Part shown: in pieces, positions 9,622 to 18,834 of the stretch | Layout of the letters: each line of letters starts with the position of its first letter | Numbering within the stretch: position 1 is the first letter of the stretch | From: Candidatus Omnitrophota bacterium | GTDB taxonomy: Bacteria > Omnitrophota > Gorgyraeia > Gygaellales > Profunditerraquicolaceae | Direction of reading: 5' to 3' | NCBI GenBank assembly: GCA_023819035.1 | Contig: JAMWCL010000017.1 | Span: 1-26,854, forward strand | DNA: 26,854 nt | Notes under the pieces: generated by a model | Told to the model about the DNA's origin: nothing | The model's input: the letters and a program-made list of their open reading frames with translations, nothing else | Databases searched by the model: none | Position numbers and translations under genes: made by a program

Positions 9622-11195
9622 GGAAGATGAAGATAGAATTATACGATACCACTTTAAGGGATGGCGCCCAGACCGAAGGGATTTCTTATTCGGTAAATGA
9701 TAAGATTAGAATAGCCAAAGCCTTGGATGACTTAGGAATAAATTATATCGAAGGTGGATGGCCGGGTGCAAATCCAAAGGATTCAGAATTCTTTAAAAAG
9801 ATGAAGAGGATTAAATTAAAGAATTCAGAACTCTGTGCTTTTGGAGCAACTAGACATCCAAAAAAGAAAGTATATTTAGATCCAAACATTAGAGGAATCT
9901 TAGATTCAGGTACAAAGATTGTAACGATCTTTGGAAAATCCTGGGACCTACATGTAAGAGAAGTATTGAAGGTATCTTTAGAGGAGAATCTAAAATTAAT
10001 TTCTGAAAGTATCTCATATTTGAGATCTAAAGGAAGAGATGTGATCTTTGATGCAGAGCATTTCTTTGATGGCTATAAAGAAAATCCTAATTATGCATTG
10101 AAGACACTATTAGTTGCACAAGATTCTGGTGCAAAGACAATTGTTCTCTGTGATACAAATGGAGGGACATTGACAAAAGATATTTCAAAGATAATCTTTG
10201 AGATTAAACCAAAGATAGAAGTTCAGTTAGGAATCCACACACATAACGATTTAGATTTAGCAGTTGCAAATACATTAGCGGCTGTTGGAGCAGGATGCAC
10301 CCATATTCAGGGAACATTCAATGGTTATGGTGAGAGGTGTGGGAATGCAGATTTATGTACATTAACTGGGATATTAAAATTGAAAATGGGAATCGACTGT
10401 ATATCTATGGATAAATTAAAAAAGTTGACCGAGATCTCTTACCTTATATCTGAGATTTCAAATATGAAGCATTCTGATAATCAGCCATTTGTGGGTAGAT
10501 CTGCTTTTGCCCATAAAGGTGGAGTCCATATCGATGCAATGATTAAAAACCCTAAGACCTATGAGCATATCGAACCCCAGTTAGTGGGAAACCAGAGAAG
10601 ATTCTTAATCTCTGAGCTTGCAGGTAGAAGCCCAATTGTAATTACTGCTAAGGAATTAAAATTAGAGATTGATAAGAAATCTAAAAAGGCAAAAAAAATC
10701 TTTAAGCTTTTGCAAGACTTAGAACATCAGGGCTATTCTTTTGAGGTAGCGGATGCCTCTTTTAAATTAATCTTACAGAAAGAATTAAAAAAATTTAAGA
10801 AATTCTTTGAATTAGAGGGATTTCGGGTAATTGTGGAGAAAAGAAAAGATGAGCGTGTCTTTGCTGAAGCAACCATAAGGCTTAAAGTAAAAGGGAAAGA
10901 ACAATATACCGCTGCGGAAGGAGCCGGTCCGGTAAATGCCCTGGATAATGCCCTCAGAAAGGCATTGATTCAATTCTACCCTCAATTGACAAAAATGCAT
11001 CTATCTGACTTTAAAGTCCGCGTATTAGATGAAAAAGCAGGGACTGCAGCTAAAGTAAGAGTCCTGATTCAATCCCAGGATGAAAAAGAATCCTGGGGAA
11101 CAGTAGGTGTTTCAGAAAATATCATTGAGGCCTCCTGGCAGGCATTGATTGATAGTATTGAATATAAGTTATTAAAAGACAAAATAAATGCTTGA
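9618..11195 (+). CDS. cimA: (R)-citramalate synthase / 2-isopropylmalate synthase family (CimA-like, with LeuA-dimer regulatory domain)
   Basis: '[18 protein letters not shown]' HMGL-like TIM barrel with 'HTHND', plus a C-terminal LeuA allosteric domain. 525 aa. The alternative start at 9627 (MKIELYD) has the better SD (GAGGAAG). Confidence 0.8.
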   Translation: MRKMKIELYDTTLRDGAQTEGISYSVNDKIRIAKALDDLGINYIEGGWPGANPKDSEFFKKMKRIKLKNSELCAFGATRHPKKKVYLDPNIRGILDSGTKIVTIFGKSWDLHVREVLKVSLEENLKLISESISYLRSKGRDVIFDAEHFFDGYKENPNYALKTLLVAQDSGAKTIVLCDTNGGTLTKDISKIIFEIKPKIEVQLGIHTHNDLDLAVANTLAAVGAGCTHIQGTFNGYGERCGNADLCTLTGILKLKMGIDCISMDKLKKLTEISYLISEISNMKHSDNQPFVGRSAFAHKGGVHIDAMIKNPKTYEHIEPQLVGNQRRFLISELAGRSPIVITAKELKLEIDKKSKKAKKIFKLLQDLEHQGYSFEVADASFKLILQKELKKFKKFFELEGFRVIVEKRKDERVFAEATIRLKVKGKEQYTAAEGAGPVNALDNALRKALIQFYPQLTKMHLSDFKVRVLDEKAGTAAKVRVLIQSQDEKESWGTVGVSENIIEASWQALIDSIEYKLLKDKINA

Positions 11196-11688
11196 TTATC
11201 TGGGAATTTTTAAGGAGTTTAATACAAAGAAAATAAAATATATTGTTGTGGGCGGTTTAGCAGTGAATTTTCACGGAATTCCACGCGCAACTTATGATAT
11301 AGATTTGTTAGTTTATCTGGAAGACAGAAACTTAGCCAAGCTTTTGAGATTAATGAAAGATTGGGGCTTTAAACCAAAGGTTCCTGTAGATATTATGGAC
11401 TTTGCTGATAGAAATAAAAGAGAAGATTGGATTAAGAATAAAAATATGAAAGCATTTACTCTTATTAATCCAGAATGGGCAATAAAAGAGATTGATATTA
11501 TAATCAATTCTCCTGTGGATTATAAAAAAGCTCTAAAGAATGCTAAAATTTTTAAAATATATAATGTGCCCATTCCTACTATATCAATAAATGACCTTAT
11601 TCTAATGAAGGAAAAAACTGGTAGAAGACAAGATGAGGCAGATATTAGGTACCTTAAAAAATTATTAAAAAATGAGAAGAGCAATTAA
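11188..11688 (+). CDS. minimal nucleotidyltransferase-fold protein (Pol-beta superfamily, DUF2204-like)
   Basis: 'IVVGGLAVNFHGIPRATYDIDLLV' gives the hG[GS]...DxD nucleotidyltransferase signature. C-terminal 'LILMKEKTGRRQDEADIRYL'. 166 aa. Confidence 0.5.
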   Translation: MLDYLGIFKEFNTKKIKYIVVGGLAVNFHGIPRATYDIDLLVYLEDRNLAKLLRLMKDWGFKPKVPVDIMDFADRNKREDWIKNKNMKAFTLINPEWAIKEIDIIINSPVDYKKALKNAKIFKIYNVPIPTISINDLILMKEKTGRRQDEADIRYLKKLLKNEKSN

Positions 11689-11863
11689 AGGTTTTGATTA
11701 TTATCTGGATTCTAAAATCATCCGTGAATATCAAAAAATTCCTATAGAAAAAAGGCTTATTTGGTTATACCAGTTAAATCTTTTAAGAAAAGGATATCCC
11801 AAAAGGATAATTGAACTTCAGGATAAGTTTCGGGAAGGAAAGATTCAACAAAAAGGTGGCTGA
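11672..11863 (+). CDS. small hypothetical protein (63 aa), possible partner of the nucleotidyltransferase
   Basis: ORF overlapping the upstream gene end by 17 nt. No motif. Basic. Confidence 0.3.
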   Translation: MRRAIKGFDYYLDSKIIREYQKIPIEKRLIWLYQLNLLRKGYPKRIIELQDKFREGKIQQKGG

Positions 11864-11866
11864 GAA

Positions 11867-12421
11867 ATGGTAATTAGATTAATTGATTTAGAAGATGGTA
11901 GAGTAATTAGTAATATTAATTTCGAAGATTTAAAAGTTTTAAAGGGATGTTTAGAAGAGGAGGGTCCAGATGATGTAGACTATTACATTGAAATGGAGAC
12001 TTTATCTCTTTTAAAAAATAAAGGACTAAATTTAGAGGTTTTTAGAGTATTGGAGGAAATTTTAAAAACAAGATCATCGATAAATATCGGTTGGGAACAG
12101 ATAAAAGAAGATGCTGAATATCATTTAAAAGGAAAACTTATCTGGGCATCAAATAGCTATCCAGCTACGGGATTAAAAATTGAAGCTTATGATAGGGATG
12201 TTATTTCAGATGATTTTTTAGGATGGAGTTTTTCTCATTCGAATGGTGAATTTGAAATATTTTTTAGCGAAAAAGATTTTAAAGATATTAGGGTAATCGA
12301 TATTGAGGGACCTCCTGAGATAATTTTAAAGATCTCAGATAAAGATAAAAAGGTTCTTTTAAAAACTCCTATAAGAGTTATGGCAGAAAAAACTTTAGAC
12401 TTTGGAGTTATTTTAGTTTAA
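11867..12421 (+). CDS. hypothetical protein with transthyretin-/carboxypeptidase-regulatory-like beta-sandwich C-terminal half
   Basis: 'GKLIWASNSYPATGLKIEAYDRDVISDDFLGWSFSHSNGEFEIFF' resembles the D-x-D...DD-LG...G-F pattern of TTR-like domains. 184 aa. Starts 4 nt after the previous stop. Confidence 0.45.
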   Translation: MVIRLIDLEDGRVISNINFEDLKVLKGCLEEEGPDDVDYYIEMETLSLLKNKGLNLEVFRVLEEILKTRSSINIGWEQIKEDAEYHLKGKLIWASNSYPATGLKIEAYDRDVISDDFLGWSFSHSNGEFEIFFSEKDFKDIRVIDIEGPPEIILKISDKDKKVLLKTPIRVMAEKTLDFGVILV

Positions 12422-12450
12422 TTTCGAATATAGAAGGAGAAAAAGAAAAA

Positions 12451-14520
12451 ATGGAGCGTATCTTAGATATGCAATGCCCAAATTGTAGAGATAAAGATCT
12501 ATATCGTGTTTTAACAAGACAAGGCGTAGAGGTAGATTACTGTAAAGAATGTGGAGGCATCTGGTTAGATAAGGGTGAAATTTATTATTTTACCAAGACT
12601 CCTGCCTATCTCAAACATAATATCGAAGAAGCTTTAAAGAATCAAAGAATTTCAGAAAAAATTTCACCCAAAACAAAACAACCTTTGGTAAGTATAACTC
12701 TATTTGATACACTTATAGTTGAATTTTGCCCAAAGACAGGTGGTATCTGGCTTGATAAAGGAGAATTAGAAAAATTACCTAGCATTGAAAAGAAGTCTTT
12801 AGATATAACTTTGGATAAAAAAATTGAAATTGAGGAAAGAGTTGAGATAGATATTGAGGAAGAAAGAAAAAGAAAGGAGAGAATTTCTGCGATTGAAGCA
12901 AGGATCAGTCCTTTACCAAATTTGATTGTTGCCTCAACTGTAACTTTAGCTGGACTTTATGCCCTTTTAACACTTATCCTCATCTTATGTGTTCAGTTTT
13001 TAGGACTTTCACCATTTTTTGCTTTAATTATTGGAATCTTGGTTGTTCTTTTTCATTTCCTTTTTGGTCCTTTTCTATTGGATTTATCTTTAAGTTTGTT
13101 CTTCAAATTATCTTGGATTAGATCTGAACAATTACCTTTACACTTGAAGAATTTTATCGAACGTATCTGCAAAGAAAAAAATATGCGTTTTCCGCGTATG
13201 GGTTTAATTCGTGATGGTTCTCCTCAAGCTTTTACCTATGGTCATCATCCTAATAATGCTAGAGTCGTAATCTCTCAAGGTTTAATTAACCTTTTAGATG
13301 AAAGGGAAGCCGAAGCAGTAGTTGCTCACGAGCTTGGTCATGCTAAACATTGGGATATGTTAATAATGACTTTAGCTCAACTTGTTCCTCTGGTCTCATA
13401 CTATATCTATCGAACATTGATAAGGGTTAGAACGAGAGAAAGAGATAGAGGAGCAGGTGCTCGTTATTTAATTGCTATTGGCTCATACATTCTTTATATC
13501 ATCTCTGAATATTTGGTTCTTTGGTTTTCCCGTATTAGAGAGTATTTTGCTGATAGATTTTCTGGTGAAGTTACCCAAGATCCCAATGTTTTGGCTTCTG
13601 CTTTGGTTAAGATTGGCTATGGTTTAGCCGGACAGAAATTAAAGGTAGAAAAAGAAGAACGCAGGCCTCAATTAGAGGTTAGGTATTTTTGATCGAAAGA
13701 CTGCTCTTAATTTAGTGATTTCAGGCTTCTCACCCCAAACAATGGGAGGTGAGATAAACAAAGATTTATTAAAAGAAGCAATGAAATGGGATTTATGGAA
13801 TCCCTGGGCAATTTATTATGAATTACATTCTACACATCCTTTGATTGCTAAAAGGTTAAATAGGTTGAGTGAGCAATCTGTATTTTTAGGAAAAGAACCC
13901 TATATTATCTTTGACCGCAGAAGACCTGAATCCTATTGGGATGAATTTTTTATAGATTTACTTATTAAATTTTTACCTTTAATTGCTCTCGTTGGGGGAA
14001 TATTTCTATTCTCACCAATCATTAAAATCAGTTCCTTAAGATTCTTAGGAGCCTTAGGAATTTCTTTTGGCTTTGGTTATTTAATTAACATTTTATTTTC
14101 CTATAAGAAGGTGAACCGTTTCCTGAATTCAGTATCTCAGGTCTCTTAAAAAAGGTAAAAGTCTCTTCAGTTAGACCTGTTCCTTGCACTTTAAGAGGTA
14201 GAATCATTGGTCGAGGGATTCCCGGTTTAATCTGGTCAGAAGATTTTGTTCTAAAAGATGATACAGGAATAATCTTTTTAGATTATCGCCAACCCTTAGG
14301 GATCTGGGAGTTCTTCTTCGGACTTTTGCGGGCAAAAGAATTTATTAACGAAGATGTAATTATAACTGGCTGGTATCGTAGATCACCAGTCCCTTATATT
14401 GAACTTAAAACCTTAAGAGATTCTCAGGGAAGATTAATGAGCTGTTATGTTTATTTGGTAAAATTAACTGTAGCAATCGGCTTGATTATTTTAGGAGTAG
14501 CCTTTGTTTTGTTATCGTAA
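12451..14520 (+). pseudogene. M48-family (HtpX-like) membrane zinc metalloprotease with N-terminal tandem zinc-ribbon (zf-TFIIB-like 'CGGIWLDKGE') domains; split into three frames by two frameshifts
   Basis: Segment 1 (12451-13692): 'CPNCRD...CKECGGIWLDKGE' twice, TM helices, 'HELGHAKHWD' HExxH, 'REYFADRF' third ligand. Segment 2 (frame 2, open from 13676; 13715-14149): 'ELHSTHPLIAKRLNRL' M48 C-terminal motif plus TM helices. Segment 3 (frame 1, open from 14107 to 14520). The frames overlap only over 13676-13689 (T5 run at 13686-13690) and 14107-14146. Confidence 0.6.
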
Positions 14521-14584
14521 TTTTAGTGAGTAAAAAATTTCTGATTAAGACTAAGATTATATTAAAGGACAATAAAATCTTGTT

Positions 14585-15063
14585 ATGCTTGTTTTTCTTT
14601 GGTTTATTACTGGATTTCTGATATATTTTTTTATCTTTAAATTAAATTTTTTTGAGGCAGTTAAGGCGAGTTTCTTTTTCAAAAGAATAGTCATTTAGGC
14701 CAACGCTTAATAAAATATTTTAAAGAAAGAGGAATTTCTTACTGTTTAATAGAAAAAGATAAAGGGAAGATAGATGAGCTATTATGTGAAGGTGAGCCAA
14801 TCGTTGTTGATGATGCTAAGGAACTAGATGCCTTAAAAGATGCAAATGTTAGTAATGCAAAGATAGTTATTATCGCCTCTAATAATTTAGAGACTGCTTT
14901 GATTGCAACTAAAAGAACGCGGGATCTCAACAAAAATTGTCAGATCATAACAAGATGTTTTCAGGATGAATTTGCTGAGATTGTTGAATCCTTAGGAGCA
15001 AATGAAGTGATTTCAAGTTCCAAGAATGCTTTTGAAGATATAGTTGGGAAATTTAAATTATGA
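14585..15063 (+). pseudogene. degenerate TM-helix + RCK_N (TrkA-N) domain gene, frameshifted with degraded Gly-rich motif
   Basis: A 37-codon ORF 'MLVFLWFITGFLIYFFIFKLNFFEAVKASFFFKRIVI*' ends at 14698. In another frame (open from 14665): 'LGQRLIKYFKERGISYCLIEKD...GEPIVVDDAKELDALKDANVSNAKIVIIASNNLETALIATKRTRDLNKNCQIITR...' matches TrkA_N after the GxGxxG loop. The junction sits at the T3 run 14693-14695. Confidence 0.5.
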
Positions 15064-15078
15064 AAAAGGAGGTGGAAG

Positions 15079-15977
15079 ATGTATATGGGGTTTATCTTTG
15101 GATTTCTTTTGGTTATTTCAGGTTTGGCCTTTATTCTCACAAAGATGCGTCATCCGGACTACAATAAGACAACCAATCTTATTGGGTTGATCCTTATAAT
15201 AATTGCAATTCCAATAATAGTTTTTAGTTTTATCAGGATAGTACCTGCAGGAACTGTAGGGGTAGTTGACCTCTTTGGTAGGGTATCTGATATTGAAAGA
15301 CATCAGGACTAAATTTAGTAAATCCTTTTGCCAGATTAATTATTATGAATATTAAAACCGAAGAGATAAAGGAGACGATGGTTGTGCCTTCAAAAGAAGG
15401 CTTATCAGTAAGTTTGGATGTCTCAATATTGTATAGACTTGCACCTGAATTGGCAAGTGATATTTATAAAAGAGTTGGGGAAGGATATCGAGAGATTGCT
15501 ATCGTTCCCCAATTTCGCTCTGTATGTAGAGGTGTAACAGTCAATTATGAGGCAAAGGCTTTGTATACTTCTAGTCGTGAAGAGATTGCTTTAAAGATCT
15601 TTACTGATTTAGAAGCGATGCTTAAAGAGCGGGGTATTATTTTGGAAAGGGTGCTTTTAAGAGCGATCACTTTGCCTCCCACTGTATCGCAAGCAATTGA
15701 ACAGAAATTGAAGGCAGAGCAAGAGGCTGAACAGATGAAGTTTATTTTGGAAAAAGAGAAGAAAGAGGCGGAAAGAAAGATAATTGAGGCAGAAGGTATT
15801 GCTAAGGCACAGGAGATAATTGCTCAGAGGTTAACTGACAGGTATTTGACTTGGCGTTTTATGGAAAAGATTGAAGCCTTTGGGAAAGGTCAAAATAATT
15901 CGATTATATTATTACCTTATGACCAAAAGATACTTCCCTTAATTCAAGTTCCCGGTGAAAGAGAAGAAAAGAAATAA
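15079..15977 (+). pseudogene. SPFH/band-7 (prohibitin/HflC/QmcA-like) membrane protein, interrupted by a single frameshift
   Basis: 15079-15312 encodes a TM helix plus 'IVPAGTVGVVDLFGRVSD'. A frame open from 15297 encodes 'SGLNLVNPFARLIIMNIKTEEIKETMVVPSKEGLSVSLDVSILYRL...' (SPFH core) and a coiled-coil tail. One extra A in the run at 15296-15298 would fuse them into a protein of about 290 aa. Confidence 0.7.
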
Positions 15978-16118
15978 GAGATATGAATATTATGATATAA
16001 TAATTACCAAAGAAGGAGATATTCTCATACAACCTTATGGCAAGCTTCTAAATTCTCTGATTAAGAGGTTTGGACTTTCTGAAATAAATCTCAAGATAAG
16101 TAGATTCTGTGGATAAAT

Positions 16119-17687
16119 ATGGGAAATTTTAAATCTCAATGCGAGAAAGAGATTGACCTCTTAATTCGGGCAAGATACCCTTTGCTCTATATAGTTAGCT
16201 ATGAGGAAGAGAGGGTTTCAAACCTCTTATCTAAATTGGCGAATGAGAGGAATAAACAATTCTTTATTTGGACTACTACTTGTGGAATACATAAATTCGA
16301 GGAATTAAGTAGACCTGAGCAGCCTTTAAAAGTAGATGAGCAGACAAGAGATCCTCTAAATATCTTAAATCATATTGAGAGGCAACCCTATCCCGCCATA
16401 TTTTTATTAAAAGACTTTCATCCCTTTTTATCCGACCATACTGTCGTAAGAAAACTGCGTGATTTAGTTGAGAATCTAAAGCAGACCTATGAGACGATTG
16501 TAATCTTGTCTCCAATTTTAAATGTTCCGGTTGAATTGGAGAAAGACATAGTAGTAGTTGACTTTGAATTACCAAATAAAGAAGATTTAAATCAACTTTT
16601 AAATGAAATCATTGAAGTAGTAAGTAAATCTGGAGAGGTCAAGATTAATCTTGATTCAGAAACAAGAGAAAAACTGATCTCTGCTGCTTTAGGTCTTACT
16701 TTAACTGAAGCAGAGAATGCTTTTGCTCGGAGTATCGTTGTAGATAAATCCTTGGGTCCTGAAGATGTTGAGAAGATTTTAGCGGAAAAAGAGCAGGTAA
16801 TTAGAAAATCTGGAATCTTAGAGTATTATCATCCAGCTGAAAAATTGGAAGATATTGGAGGTCTAAATTCTCTTAAAGACTGGCTCATTAAGCGTTCAGT
16901 TGGTTTTACTGAAAAGGCAAAGGAATTTGGTCTTCCTGAGCCAAAGGGAATATTATTGATTGGGGTTCAGGGTTGTGGAAAGAGTTTAACTGCAAAAGCA
17001 ATCTCTTCATTCTGGAAATTGCCTTTATTAAGATTTGATGTAGGAAGGGTTTTCTCTGGAATTGTTGGTTCATCAGAAGAGAATATGCGCAAAGCAATAA
17101 GGATTGCTGAATCCGTAGCACCTGTAATCTTATGGATCGATGAGATAGAAAAGTCTTTATCTGGAGTTCAGAGTTCAGGTTTCTCCGATGCGGGAACTTC
17201 TGCCAGAGTATTCTCTACATTTTTAACCTGGCTTCAGGAGAAGAAGAAACCTGTATTTGTGGTCTCTACAGCAAATAATATCTCGCTTTTGCCTCCTGAA
17301 CTCTTGAGAAAGGGAAGATTTGATGAGATATTCTTTGTGGACTTACCGAATTTTGAAGAGAGAAAAGAGATCTTCTCTATCCATCTTAAAAAGAGAAAAA
17401 GAGACCCTAAAAATTATGATTTAGAAATTTTGGCAAGAGAATCTGAGGGCTATTCAGGTGCAGAGATTGAACAGGCAGTAATCTCTGCTCTATTTGATGC
17501 CTTTGTGGAGAAAAGAGATATTAATACTGAAGATATATTAAGAAATCTCAAAAGCAGTATTCCTCTCTCTCAGACAATGAGAGAAGATATCCAAGCTTTA
17601 AGAGATTGGGCAAGGACACGTGCAAGACCAGCAAGCCTCCCAGAAAAAGAAGTCTTGAGAACTAAAGAGAGAAAGATAGAATTGTAA
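16119..17687 (+). CDS. AAA+ ATPase, Ycf46-like (N-terminal domain + AAA module with unusual P-loop 'GVQGCGKS')
   Basis: Walker A 'GILLIGVQGCGKSLTAKA', Walker B 'VILWIDEIEK', arginine finger region 'GRFDEIFFVDLP'. The 'LPLLRFDVGRVFSGIVGSSEENMR' block is remembered as characteristic of Ycf46-family ATPases. 522 aa. Confidence 0.8.
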   Translation: MGNFKSQCEKEIDLLIRARYPLLYIVSYEEERVSNLLSKLANERNKQFFIWTTTCGIHKFEELSRPEQPLKVDEQTRDPLNILNHIERQPYPAIFLLKDFHPFLSDHTVVRKLRDLVENLKQTYETIVILSPILNVPVELEKDIVVVDFELPNKEDLNQLLNEIIEVVSKSGEVKINLDSETREKLISAALGLTLTEAENAFARSIVVDKSLGPEDVEKILAEKEQVIRKSGILEYYHPAEKLEDIGGLNSLKDWLIKRSVGFTEKAKEFGLPEPKGILLIGVQGCGKSLTAKAISSFWKLPLLRFDVGRVFSGIVGSSEENMRKAIRIAESVAPVILWIDEIEKSLSGVQSSGFSDAGTSARVFSTFLTWLQEKKKPVFVVSTANNISLLPPELLRKGRFDEIFFVDLPNFEERKEIFSIHLKKRKRDPKNYDLEILARESEGYSGAEIEQAVISALFDAFVEKRDINTEDILRNLKSSIPLSQTMREDIQALRDWARTRARPASLPEKEVLRTKERKIEL

Positions 17688-18388
17688 TGAAGAAAAGACG
17701 ATTCCAGAGATTAGAACTTTCTTCTTTACTCAGTGTATTTAAAAGACCAAAGATAGAATTGAAGCGATTTGAAAAGTTAGAGGTTGATGGCCATAAGATT
17801 GAGATAAAGATAACTGAAGAGAAAAGAAAATATAAAGCATGTCCAAAATGTCAGAGGAATAATCCAAAAGATAGTTTATACTGTCTATATTGCAATTATA
17901 TATTTGAGGATATTGCTGAGGAAGTCAAAGGAGTAGAGTTAGAACCTTGGCAGATAAAATGTCCTGGTTGCGGAAAAATTAGACCTCGGACAGAAAAATA
18001 TTGTCTTTACTGTGGCTGGAGGATTTCTCCTTTAAGTGAGGAGGAAACAAAAATCTCTCCTGAGTTTTTAAGAGAGAAGACTGGACAGAGATTATTAAGT
18101 CAAGGTGAGGTGATTAATTTAACCATTGATGGAAAGACTTATCGTTCAACAGATAAGAATATCCCTCCAGATATAAAAGAACTGATGCTAAAGATAAAAG
18201 AAGAAGGTTATTCAAAAGAGATGATTGATGAATGGGTAAAGAAAAAGAATATTGAGAAAGAATTAAAAAGAAGAGATTTAGAAGAGAGGATATATGAATT
18301 GAGATGGCAGGTCTTCTGGAGAGCATTAGGATTTATTGGTTTAATTTTGTTTTTGATATTTTATATTTGGTTGAGGGTAAGATTTTAG
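17687..18388 (+). CDS. double zinc-ribbon protein with C-terminal transmembrane anchor
   Basis: 'CPKCQRNNPKDSLYCLYCNY' and 'CPGCGKIRPRTEKYCLYCGW' (two CxxC-x11-CxxC ribbons). C-terminal 'ALGFIGLILFLIFYIWL' helix. Start overlaps the ATPase stop (TAATGA). 233 aa. Confidence 0.65.
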   Translation: MKKRRFQRLELSSLLSVFKRPKIELKRFEKLEVDGHKIEIKITEEKRKYKACPKCQRNNPKDSLYCLYCNYIFEDIAEEVKGVELEPWQIKCPGCGKIRPRTEKYCLYCGWRISPLSEEETKISPEFLREKTGQRLLSQGEVINLTIDGKTYRSTDKNIPPDIKELMLKIKEEGYSKEMIDEWVKKKNIEKELKRRDLEERIYELRWQVFWRALGFIGLILFLIFYIWLRVRF

Positions 18389-18400
18389 CCGGAGGAGGTT

Positions 18401-18790
18401 ATGTCTTCAACTGGAGGCATTGAATTGATTATCAGGAGTTTAGCTTCTTTACTCCAAGCAATTGGTGATTTAAGATTAGCTTGTGAAGAGAAGAAAGAGA
18501 TGCAGACTACAGATGGAAAGATTTATAATGTAGATGTGGTAGTTAAAGATGAGAATAATCGTTCAATTGGTTTTCAGAAGCAGAAGGATGGGAGTTATAG
18601 GATTATTGCTGATTCTTATGGACTTAATTCTGCACAACTAAAGAAACAGCAGGAATTTATCAACAAAATAAAAAGACGCTATGCTTATAATATGGTGATT
18701 GACCAATTAAAGAAACAGGGATATCAGATTTCTGAAGAGAAAATAGAGAAAGATACCATAAAATTAATTGGCCGCAGATGGGTTGCCTAA
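18401..18790 (+). CDS. DUF1257-like small protein
   Basis: 'MSSTGGIELIIRSLASLLQAIGDLRLACEE...' resembles the MS-x5-I-x3-L-x2-L-x2-AL-x-DL N-terminus recalled for DUF1257. SD GGAGGAGG. 129 aa. Confidence 0.55.
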   Translation: MSSTGGIELIIRSLASLLQAIGDLRLACEEKKEMQTTDGKIYNVDVVVKDENNRSIGFQKQKDGSYRIIADSYGLNSAQLKKQQEFINKIKRRYAYNMVIDQLKKQGYQISEEKIEKDTIKLIGRRWVA

Positions 18791-18834
18791 TCTTTGGAGC
18801 TGAGACCTCCGAATATATTGTAAAGTAAGGAGTT

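Noticed and set aside
14326-14520. Independent 64-aa ORF with a TTG start
   Set aside because: Its reading frame is open back to 14107, overlapping the end of the preceding M48 segment, and it has no ATG or SD. It is better explained as the frameshifted C-terminus of the M48 protease.
14739-14933. 64-aa minus-strand ORF
   Set aside because: The opposite strand carries a clear RCK_N domain in-frame, so this is a shadow ORF.
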